Assembly (NCBI GenBank): GCA_011055475.1
Contig: DSDH01000573.1
Coordinates: 1 to 36,885, forward strand
DNA: 36,885 bases
Source of the DNA: Phycisphaerales bacterium
Lineage (GTDB): Bacteria > Planctomycetota > Phycisphaerae > Sedimentisphaerales > Anaerohalosphaeraceae
Reading direction: 5' to 3'
The notes beneath the pieces were generated by a model. The model was not told the DNA's origin. It worked only from the letters and a program-made list of their open reading frames with translations, and ran no database searches. Positions 28,661 to 35,796 of this stretch are shown here, in pieces. Within the stretch, counting starts at the first letter, position 1. Each line of letters starts with the position of its first letter. The translations under genes and the position numbers were made by a program.

Positions 28661-28733
28661 ATCCGCTCTCCCGGTGTTTTCGTGGTCGTGGCGCCGTGGC
28701 CGGTGCCTGGGCGTTGCCTGTCGTAAAGCGCGC

Positions 28734-28761
28734 AGTATAGGTCCGCAGGCGATGGTGTCCA
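28734..28761 (-). promoter_or_regulatory. candidate sigma70-type promoter for the dehydrogenase-oxidoreductase operon
   Basis: Minus strand reads TGGACA (28761-28756), a 16-nt spacer, then TATACT (28739-28734). Confidence 0.4.
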
Positions 28762-28813
28762 GTGCCACCTGCGGGAATTGGGGCGTGCCCCAGCGCCGGG
28801 AGGGGGTCACGGC

Positions 28814-31800
28814 TCAATCAGGGGTCGTCTTGAGCCAGGATTGGGCCAGCAGGGCCAGGTCGCTCAGGTCCACGCGGCCATCTGCGTTGGCGTCGGCGAA
28901 GAGGGGCGGCTGATCGTCGAGCCAGCCGGCGGCCAACAGGGCCAGGTCGCTCAGATCAACCGGTCCGAAGGCGTCGAGGTTGGCGGCCTCGAAGACGTTG
29001 CGCGGCGTAGTCAGCGTTACGTCGAGCGTGGCCGTGCGGGCCAGGCTGCTGCGCGAGGCGGCGGCGGCACGGATGCGGGCGCGGTCACCGACGGGGCCGG
29101 TGGCGGCCAGCGTGAAGGTGGTCTGTTGCGTCTGGCCGGCCTTGAGATCGCCAAGCGATCGGGGGTGGCTGCCGCTGACGTACACGGGGGCGATGGCCGG
29201 CTCCGTGGGCACTTGGCCCTGGTAGTAGGCGGGCTCGCCGAAAACGGCGCCAATCATGATGTTGCCGCAGAACTGCGGGTCCCAGTCACAGAAGCCATCC
29301 AGGTTGAACCAGCCCCCCAGCAGGTCGAGGTAGGCCCACGTGCGTTTCTGCCGTGTACTGTTGGTGTCGAAACCGACCTGGTTGTTGCGGGTGTCTTCGA
29401 GCTGCCGCCAGCCGATGTAGAGGTCGCCTGCGTTGAGCGTGATGTTGCGGTCGCTCACATCCACGTCGAACCATTGGACATCGTGTGGCCCCGTGACCAC
29501 CGGGTAGACGACAAACGGCGGGATCAGCTCCGTTCCCGGCATTCGGACCGAGGGGTTGTCCGGGTCGGTCGGCCCATTCGCGGCCCAGATGTGCAGCTCG
29601 AAGGGGTACGCGGTCTTGTCGTAGATGAAAAAGCGGGCCTTTTGCAGGGTCGCCGGATAGCTTGCGGGCGTGATCCGCGCGGCCACGTAGGCATCGCTGG
29701 CGCCGATCTCGCCGTAGTCCTCGGCCGAGCCGTCATCGTAGCGGATTTCCACGGGCTCATTGACGCCCAGCCAGACCCGTACATCGGAGCACTCGGCCTC
29801 GATGCATTCGACCTCGCTGGTCACGGTGAAAGTGGTCCCCTTGGGTGCATCAACCGGGCCGGCCGGTGCGACGTGCCGGGCCAGGATCCGGCCCCACGGA
29901 ACGTCCCACGTAACGCTCATCTCGGCGGTGTTGTCGTCATCATCCCTTGCGACGGCCCGAACGACCCATTGGCCCGAGTCCTCGATAAGCAGGTTCACAT
30001 CGGGCACGATGAAGTGTTCGCCGTCCCATGCGGCGTCGGCGTCGATCCACGTCCGGTCATCGGGCAGGTTCCGGGCGATAATTCGCACGTGCGGCACCTG
30101 CTGCGGGTCGCGGGCGGCCACACGGATGGCGTCAATGCGCCGCCCGTAGGTGGCCTTGTGGCAGTCACCCCACTGGGCGTCGATGAGGCACTGGATCTCT
30201 TCGACAACCGGCCTGTTGGGATCGTCCACGGTCACCAGGACTTCATCGTTGGCGGCGGGGCCGAGGCTGCCCACGGCTGATACGCGCACGCGGTATCGAC
30301 CGGGCGACAGGGCCTGAACCGCCCAAGCGGCGCTGCCGGAGGTCGCGCCGCTGCGCAGGTGCACCTCCAGCGTCGGCGGTGTCGTCGAGGCGGCGCCGGC
30401 CAGCGTGAACAGGGCATTCTCATCCTGTTCGATGATCAACAGCCCCAGGCGCCGGGCCGGGCTGTTCAGGGCGTCCTCGACCGCGGGCCGCAGTTGGATG
30501 CGCCGCGGGCCGGGTTGCTCGGCGCCGAAGGTCTTGACGGGGTTGGCCAGGTTGGAGTAGGGCGCATCCGGCGCGTGGTAGATCGTGTAGGCGCCGGTCC
30601 CGGGGCCGTAGGTGTTGTCGACGAGGCGGACCTGGCCGACGGCGTCCTCGGCAGAATCCACAATGTTCAGGTTGAGGACGGCCGCGTCAATCGCGGCGTC
30701 GGTGGGCAAGGCACTCAGGTCGAACTGCATATAGTAGCGGTGCACCCAGTCGTTGTCCGGGTCGAGCGGGTAGCGGGCGATCAGCTCCAGTGTGTTGAAG
30801 CTGAGCATGTCGAATTCGCCGACGTCGATGCTTCGCAGCTTGATGTAATTGGTCTGGCCGGGCCGCAGATCGGCCAGGACGGCCGGGTCGCTGGAGACGA
30901 ACCAGCAGTCGGGCGGCGGGGGCTCGCCGCCACCGCCGCTGATGGGGGTGCACTCGTCGATGAGGTGCCATTCGTTGCCGTTCGGGTCGCACGTGTAGAT
31001 CTGCCATCGGCTGGGCGGATCGTCAAACTGCAGGACGACGTAGTGCTCCATGCGAATGCGGATCTCCTCCGGCTGGCCGGGCGGCAGCTCGAAGGCATAC
31101 ACCTTCTGGGCATCCTCACTCACGGCGCCGACGCCGTCCTCGGGCTCAAGGTCGCCGGTGGAGTACTCGGTGACCATGGTGGAGCCCACGGGGGCGATAG
31201 CGGGCGCATCGTTTCGGGTGTAGGTCTCTTCGGAGATGTCGCGCCGCACGTGGGTGTCGTAGGAGACGGCCAGGGGCCCCGGCGCGGGGCCGGGCTCGCC
31301 GCCGTCCGGTGCGGCCATATCGAGGGGCACCCTTTGCGACACGACCAGCCGTGGCGGTGTCTCACTTGTCAGACCGCCCAGAAGGAACTTGCGGTCATTG
31401 CCCTGTTCGCGGATGGACAACGTCAGGCGGTCCATACCGGCGTCCAGGGCCTCCGCAACCGCCGCACGGAGGTTGATGGTCAGCGTTGCGATCTGCTCGG
31501 CGCCGAACGTCTTGAGGGGATTGACCAGGGTCGAGTAGGCCGGAGCGCCGGCGTTATACAGCGACTCAGCGTCATCATCGGGTTCGAGCGCGGGGTCGAC
31601 CAAGTGGATCTCGCCGACGGCGGTCTCGGCCCCGGCCGGGATCGTCAGGCTCAGTCGGGCCGCCGTGACCTCGTAGTTCGGGTCGATCCCGGCCAGGTCG
31701 AACTGCACGATATAGCGGTGCACGTCGTCGAAGGCGGGATCGATTTCGTACTCGACGTGGACGTAGATATTGTTGAAGGCCAGATGGTCGTCGGCATCGA

Positions 31801-34282
31801 CACCGAAGCTGCTGAGCCGCAGATGGTTGACGCCGCCGGGATTCAACGCCGCCAGCACGGCCGGATCGCTCGTCACGAACCAGCAGTCCGGCGAGGGCGG
31901 TTCGCCGCCTCCACCCGAAGGCGGAATGCACTCGCCCACCAGGCCCAGCGGTGTTCCGTCGGCCATGCACAGCTCCACGCGCCACCCGGCGGGCGGGTCG
32001 TCCCATTGAAAGACGAAGAAGTGCTCCATTTGGACCAGAAGCCGGCTGGGGTCGCCCGCGGGAATTGTGAACTCGTAGATCTTCTGCGCATCCTCCCCGA
32101 TGGCGCCGAGGCCATCCTCCGGTTCAAGATCGCCGCTGGTATAGCTCAGGGCCAGGTCGGACCCGATGACGGCCGTCTCGGGCGAGGGAATCTTGGCGAA
32201 GGTCTGATCGGTCAAATCATGAACCGTCTCGACGTCGAAGCGGGCGGGGGCCTCGGTCTCGAGCGTGACGCCGCTGAGTGCCCCGATGGCGACGGGATTG
32301 GGATTCTCGGTCGCCAAGGGGGACTCAAGACCCAGCGGAAAGAACATGCCGTTGGGATCGTTTGCCTCCGCCCACTCGGCCAGCACATTGACTTCACCGC
32401 AGCCGTCGCCGCCAAGGCAGGTCACCGCCGCGGCCAGGTCAAACACCTGGTTCTGTAAGACGCTTGATGGATCGTTGGGATCGGTGATCTCGACGGCCAG
32501 CTCGCCCGCGGCGGCGGGCAGACTGTCGAGGGCCTTTTCCAGGTCGATGCGACCCCATCCGTAGATATTGTCCCAGCCGGGCGCCCCCAGGTCGAGGGCG
32601 GTGGATTGCAGCAGTTCCTTGACCTGGGTGGCGGTCAGTTGCGGGTTGGCTTCGAGCAGCAGGGCGGCGGCGGCGGTGACGTGCGGGGCGGCCATGCTGG
32701 TGCCGACGGCCCGGATGTAGAGGTCGCCCTCGACAAGAAACCAGTTATCATAGCACATCTCGGCCAGATTATACATGCACAGGTCCGGGTTCTGGGCGAC
32801 CAGCGTGCTGTAGGCCGAGACAATCTCGGGGTAGTGCTCTCCCCCCAACTGGTCTCCACCGGGCGCGACGAGGTCCAATTCTTTGCCGCCATCGGAATAA
32901 GAGGCGATCCCGTCCAGCTTGTCCACGGCGCCGACGGCGATCGCCTTGGAGGCACACGCCGGCGAGACGATCTCGTGGGGATTGCCGTCATTGCCCGAGG
33001 CACAGACGACAACGGCGCCCGCGTCGACGGCGGCGTTGACGGCCTGGGCCATCTCCGTCCCGTCGCAGGTGTCGGCGTAGAGGCCCTCACCGAGACTCAG
33101 ATTAATCACCCGGGCGCCCTGCTCCACGCACCATTCGATGCCCAAGGCGACGTCGGAGGCGTAGCCGTCGCCGTTGGCTCCGAGCACCTTGGCCGCGAGG
33201 ATATCCGCGTCGTAGCTGATGCCACGATAGGTCAAGCCCTGCGAGGCGATGATACCCGCGACGTGGGTGCCGTGGCCGTTGTCGTCCATGGCGTCGTCGT
33301 CACCCTCGAAGAAATCGTACTGGGCGACGACCTTGTTGCGCAGCATCGGATGCGACCAGTCGACACCGGTATCCACGACGCAGACCTTGACGCCCTGGCC
33401 GGTGACGGCGTTGTCCCAGGCGTAGTCGGCCCGGATCTGCCCCGCGGTGTCGGCGATCAGGGCACGAACCACCGGATCGGGCTTGGCGTTCTTGAAGCCG
33501 GGCAGAGACGCCAGGCGATCCAGCCGATCCGGGGGGATCTCCAGCACGATGCGGTTTTTCCACCGGCCGTAGTTGTGGATGATGCGGGCGCCGATCCGCC
33601 GGGCCGCACGGTCAAGCTCTCGGCGGCGGCCTTCCCTAACGGCGGGCGCTGCCTTCCGGACGGCGTGGGGCGGCTCATCGAGCTCGACAATGAAGCGCTG
33701 AGGCACCTGCCACGTGCCAGCCCGCCTTTGCAGCCGGTCGGCGGCGCGAGGGCCGCGATCCGGAGGCCGGGCGGACAGGTCCGATAAGGTACGAGCGTCA
33801 TCCTCAATCAGGGCAACGGCCAGGGCTTCTGACAGACGGCCCCGGTAGACGATCTCGCCCTCGGCGTCAATGCCGATGCAGGTGGGCACGGCGTGTACCC
33901 CGTAGCGCGACGCAACCAGGCCATCGACATCGACGAGCACCTCGTAGGTCATGTGCTGGCCGAAGTAGTGGTCGAGCACGTCGTTTAGAGGCTGGCGGAC
34001 GGCGATGAAGACCACAGCGAGGCGGTCGGCGTACTGTTCGTGCAATTCGGCCAGCAGGCCCACGGCGTCCTGGCAGTGCGGGCAGTGGGTGTTACCGAAC
34101 AGCAGAATCGCGGGTTGCCCGGCCAGGTCGGCCAGTCTCACGGTCGGTCCGCTGAGACTGGGCAGGGCGAAATCCCAAGCGGCGGCTTGGGCGCACACGC
34201 CAGTCGTGAACCCCATCAGGACCGCGACCAGGGTGACCAGGAAAGGCGTGACGCATCGGTTTGTCGCACCCTCGGCGGGCAT
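28814..34282 (-). CDS. 1822-aa secreted mosaic protein: signal peptide, thioredoxin-like (CPHC), I9 propeptide, S8 subtilase, 2 x 326-aa module, beta-rich domains, dockerin-like tail
   Basis: Single uninterrupted ORF with a GGAGAG SD. Catalytic triad contexts: 'VCVVDTGVD' (D304), 'HGTHVAG' (H337), 'GTSMAAPHV' (S529). See the domain sub-features. Confidence 0.88.
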   Translation of the reverse strand: MPAEGATNRCVTPFLVTLVAVLMGFTTGVCAQAAAWDFALPSLSGPTVRLADLAGQPAILLFGNTHCPHCQDAVGLLAELHEQYADRLAVVFIAVRQPLNDVLDHYFGQHMTYEVLVDVDGLVASRYGVHAVPTCIGIDAEGEIVYRGRLSEALAVALIEDDARTLSDLSARPPDRGPRAADRLQRRAGTWQVPQRFIVELDEPPHAVRKAAPAVREGRRRELDRAARRIGARIIHNYGRWKNRIVLEIPPDRLDRLASLPGFKNAKPDPVVRALIADTAGQIRADYAWDNAVTGQGVKVCVVDTGVDWSHPMLRNKVVAQYDFFEGDDDAMDDNGHGTHVAGIIASQGLTYRGISYDADILAAKVLGANGDGYASDVALGIEWCVEQGARVINLSLGEGLYADTCDGTEMAQAVNAAVDAGAVVVCASGNDGNPHEIVSPACASKAIAVGAVDKLDGIASYSDGGKELDLVAPGGDQLGGEHYPEIVSAYSTLVAQNPDLCMYNLAEMCYDNWFLVEGDLYIRAVGTSMAAPHVTAAAALLLEANPQLTATQVKELLQSTALDLGAPGWDNIYGWGRIDLEKALDSLPAAAGELAVEITDPNDPSSVLQNQVFDLAAAVTCLGGDGCGEVNVLAEWAEANDPNGMFFPLGLESPLATENPNPVAIGALSGVTLETEAPARFDVETVHDLTDQTFAKIPSPETAVIGSDLALSYTSGDLEPEDGLGAIGEDAQKIYEFTIPAGDPSRLLVQMEHFFVFQWDDPPAGWRVELCMADGTPLGLVGECIPPSGGGGEPPSPDCWFVTSDPAVLAALNPGGVNHLRLSSFGVDADDHLAFNNIYVHVEYEIDPAFDDVHRYIVQFDLAGIDPNYEVTAARLSLTIPAGAETAVGEIHLVDPALEPDDDAESLYNAGAPAYSTLVNPLKTFGAEQIATLTINLRAAVAEALDAGMDRLTLSIREQGNDRKFLLGGLTSETPPRLVVSQRVPLDMAAPDGGEPGPAPGPLAVSYDTHVRRDISEETYTRNDAPAIAPVGSTMVTEYSTGDLEPEDGVGAVSEDAQKVYAFELPPGQPEEIRIRMEHYVVLQFDDPPSRWQIYTCDPNGNEWHLIDECTPISGGGGEPPPPDCWFVSSDPAVLADLRPGQTNYIKLRSIDVGEFDMLSFNTLELIARYPLDPDNDWVHRYYMQFDLSALPTDAAIDAAVLNLNIVDSAEDAVGQVRLVDNTYGPGTGAYTIYHAPDAPYSNLANPVKTFGAEQPGPRRIQLRPAVEDALNSPARRLGLLIIEQDENALFTLAGAASTTPPTLEVHLRSGATSGSAAWAVQALSPGRYRVRVSAVGSLGPAANDEVLVTVDDPNRPVVEEIQCLIDAQWGDCHKATYGRRIDAIRVAARDPQQVPHVRIIARNLPDDRTWIDADAAWDGEHFIVPDVNLLIEDSGQWVVRAVARDDDDNTAEMSVTWDVPWGRILARHVAPAGPVDAPKGTTFTVTSEVECIEAECSDVRVWLGVNEPVEIRYDDGSAEDYGEIGASDAYVAARITPASYPATLQKARFFIYDKTAYPFELHIWAANGPTDPDNPSVRMPGTELIPPFVVYPVVTGPHDVQWFDVDVSDRNITLNAGDLYIGWRQLEDTRNNQVGFDTNSTRQKRTWAYLDLLGGWFNLDGFCDWDPQFCGNIMIGAVFGEPAYYQGQVPTEPAIAPVYVSGSHPRSLGDLKAGQTQQTTFTLAATGPVGDRARIRAAAASRSSLARTATLDVTLTTPRNVFEAANLDAFGPVDLSDLALLAAGWLDDQPPLFADANADGRVDLSDLALLAQSWLKTTPD
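28817..28975 (-). other. dockerin-like double segment at the C-terminus (aa ~1770-1822)
   Basis: 'DANADGRVDLSDLALLAQSWL' fits the dockerin/EF-hand loop D-x-N-x-D-G-x-x-D-x-x-D plus helix. It is preceded by a degenerate copy 'LDAFGPVDLSDLALLAAGWL'. Confidence 0.65.
30347..31237 (-). repeat. copy B of the ~326-aa intragenic module (aa ~1016-1312)
   Basis: 'GDLEPEDGVGAVSEDAQKVYAF...MEHYVVLQFDDPP...ECTPISGGGGEPPPPDCWFVSSDPAVLA...VHRYYMQFDL...NPVKTFGAEQ'. The register offset from copy A is exactly 326 aa (978 nt). Confidence 0.8.
31328..32215 (-). repeat. copy A of the ~326-aa intragenic module (aa ~690-985)
   Basis: 'GDLEPEDGLGAIGEDAQKIYEF...MEHFFVFQWDDPP...ECIPPSGGGGEPPSPDCWFVTSDPAVLA...VHRYIVQFDL...NPLKTFGAEQ'. 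Confidence 0.8.
32528..33415 (-). other. peptidase S8 catalytic domain (aa ~290-585)
   Basis: Asp codon at 33371-33373, His codon at 33272-33274, Ser codon at 32696-32698. All three were verified in the DNA. Confidence 0.88.
33479..33700 (-). other. subtilisin propeptide (inhibitor I9)-like segment (aa ~195-268)
   Basis: 'RFIVELDEPP...GARIIHNYGRWKNRIVLEIPPDRLDRLASLPGFKNAKPDPVV' has the usual beta-alpha-beta propeptide pattern, ending just before the catalytic domain. Confidence 0.55.
33803..34177 (-). other. TlpA/ResA-like thioredoxin domain of the giant protein (aa ~36-160)
   Basis: 'LAGQPAILLFGNTHCPHCQDAVGLLAEL ... VLVDVDGLVASRYGVHAVPTCIGIDAEGEIVY'. CxxC codons at 34073-34084. Confidence 0.75.
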
Positions 34283-34326
34283 ACTCTCTCTCCGGCGGGG
34301 ATTCCTGCACTACGGCCCCACATATT

Positions 34327-34355
34327 ATGATACCTTCTTGCTGCTTGTGGAGCAA
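34327..34355 (-). promoter_or_regulatory. candidate promoter of the giant exoprotein gene, overlapped by an inverted repeat
   Basis: Minus strand reads TTGCTC (34355-34350), a 17-nt spacer, then TATCAT (34332-34327). The inverted repeat cttgct-N8-agcaag (34337-34356) covers the -35 box and spacer. Confidence 0.3.
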
Positions 34356-34559
34356 GCATCAGCCATCTCGCAACACCGACGGTCGGCCCTAACCTCTTTT
34401 TTGAAAAGTCTTTACGAGTATCGGCGATCGGGCCGCCCCACATAAGACCGGGCAGGAAGCGTCGCAGGGTCCCGGGAGGTTTTTGTTCAACCGGCGCCGG
34501 GTTCAAGCCGATATGCCCCGGCAGTGGGATCGTACACGCCAAGCGTGAAGGAGACGTTT

Positions 34560-34904
34560 ATGGGCATTCAGAATTGGTCGGAAAACATCATCCTGGTGAA
34601 CCTGGCGGCTGAGCCGGACATGGGCGAGGAGCTGCAGACGGTCATTGACCAGATCAACGACCGCACTGACCAGGACGTGGTGATCGACTTTGCCGACGTG
34701 GACATCGTGACCTCTTCAAGCATCGCCAAGCTGCTCAAGTTGCGCAAATCTCTGGCCGGCAACGGGCGTCGCCTGGTCTTCTCCAGTGTTTCGCCCAAGA
34801 CGAGGAGCATCTTCGTGGTGACCGGCCTGGACAACGTGTTTGAGTTCGTGGACGATGCGTTTTGCGCCCTGGCGGGTCTGCAGATGGTCGGTTCGGCGGA
34901 GTGA
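34560..34904 (+). CDS. STAS-domain protein (anti-sigma-factor-antagonist-like)
   Basis: Sequence 'VVIDFADVDIVTSSSIAKLLKLRKSLAGNGRRLVFSSVSPKTRSIFVVTGLDNVFEF'. The start is set at ATG 34560, preceded by AAGGAGA. Confidence 0.8.
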   Translation: MGIQNWSENIILVNLAAEPDMGEELQTVIDQINDRTDQDVVIDFADVDIVTSSSIAKLLKLRKSLAGNGRRLVFSSVSPKTRSIFVVTGLDNVFEFVDDAFCALAGLQMVGSAE

Positions 34905-34923
34905 AACGGCCCGCCAAAGGAGG

Positions 34924-34952
34924 TTGACAGGAGCGGGATGTCCGTCTAAGCT
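34924..34952 (+). promoter_or_regulatory. candidate promoter upstream of rnc
   Basis: TTGACA (34924-34929), a 17-nt spacer, then TAAGCT (34947-34952). Confidence 0.35.
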
Positions 34953-34992
34953 GTCGGCAGTGGTGTTGTGGTTGAGCGAGCGCATTGCGAAG

Positions 34993-35012
34993 GCCGCCGG
35001 ACGGGCGGTTTT
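34993..35012 (+). terminator. small hairpin plus U4 in the STAS-rnc spacer (terminator or leader structure)
   Basis: ccgcc-ggacg-ggcgg (34994-35008) followed by TTTT (35009-35012). Confidence 0.35.
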
Positions 35013-35047
35013 CGTAATCCGCTTGCGTCTGACGGACAGGACAGAGC

Positions 35048-35743
35048 ATGGACGAGCAGGCGTTGCAGGCGGTGGAGGAGTGCATCGGCTATTCCTTCCG
35101 CGACCGGCGGTTTCTCATCGAGGCGTTATCGCATTCCAGCCAGAGCGACAGCCGCCTGGCCAGCAATGAGCGACTGGAGTTCCTGGGGGACGCGGTGCTG
35201 GGGCTGGTCGTGTGCGAGACGTTGTTCAACCGGTTTCCGGATTACCTGGAGGGGGATCTGACGAAGATCAAGAGCATGCTCGTATCCCGCAAGACCTGCG
35301 CGCGGCTGAGTAACAGCCTGGAGCTGACGCGGTTCATTCAGGTGGGTAAGGGGATGGAGCTCACGCGGGCGATGACCGGCTCGATTGCCGCGGGGACGCT
35401 GGAAGCGGTAATCGCCGCCGTCTACCTGGACGGCGGATTGGAGCCCGCCCGAAGATTCCTCGAGTCTTTGTACGCCGAGTTGCTCGACAGGGCCGATGCC
35501 AACCAACACCAGGACAACTACAAATCGGTCCTGCAGCAGTACGCCCAGCATGAGTTCGGCGCCACACCCATCTACGAGTTGCTCGACGAGAAGGGCCCGG
35601 ACCACAACAAGTGCTTCGAGGTGGCCGTGTTCATCGGGGATCGGCACTTCCCTAGCGCCTGGGGGGTGACCAAGAAGGAGGCCGAGCAGCGGGCCGCCCG
35701 CAACGTGCTGGTGGAGCTTGGGCAGATCGGACCGGACGATTGA
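35048..35743 (+). CDS. rnc: ribonuclease III
   Basis: Signature 'NERLEFLGDAVLGLVV'. Catalytic 'GTLEAVIAAVYLDGG'. C-terminal dsRBD 'GPDHNKCFEVAVFIGDRHFPSAWGVTKKEAEQRAARNVL'. Confidence 0.93.
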   Translation: MDEQALQAVEECIGYSFRDRRFLIEALSHSSQSDSRLASNERLEFLGDAVLGLVVCETLFNRFPDYLEGDLTKIKSMLVSRKTCARLSNSLELTRFIQVGKGMELTRAMTGSIAAGTLEAVIAAVYLDGGLEPARRFLESLYAELLDRADANQHQDNYKSVLQQYAQHEFGATPIYELLDEKGPDHNKCFEVAVFIGDRHFPSAWGVTKKEAEQRAARNVLVELGQIGPDD

Positions 35744-35796
35744 CGCCGCGACCGTGCCGCCGGACCGATACGGCGGCTTTGAGGGGAGAGAACACC

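Noticed and set aside
30359-32458. 699-aa plus-strand ORF, plus 28778..30280 and 32606..33787, inside the giant gene
   Set aside because: All are antisense to a single uninterrupted 1822-aa ORF with a verified S8 catalytic triad. Their products are Gly/Arg/Val/Asp-rich with no recognisable motifs, so they are shadow frames.
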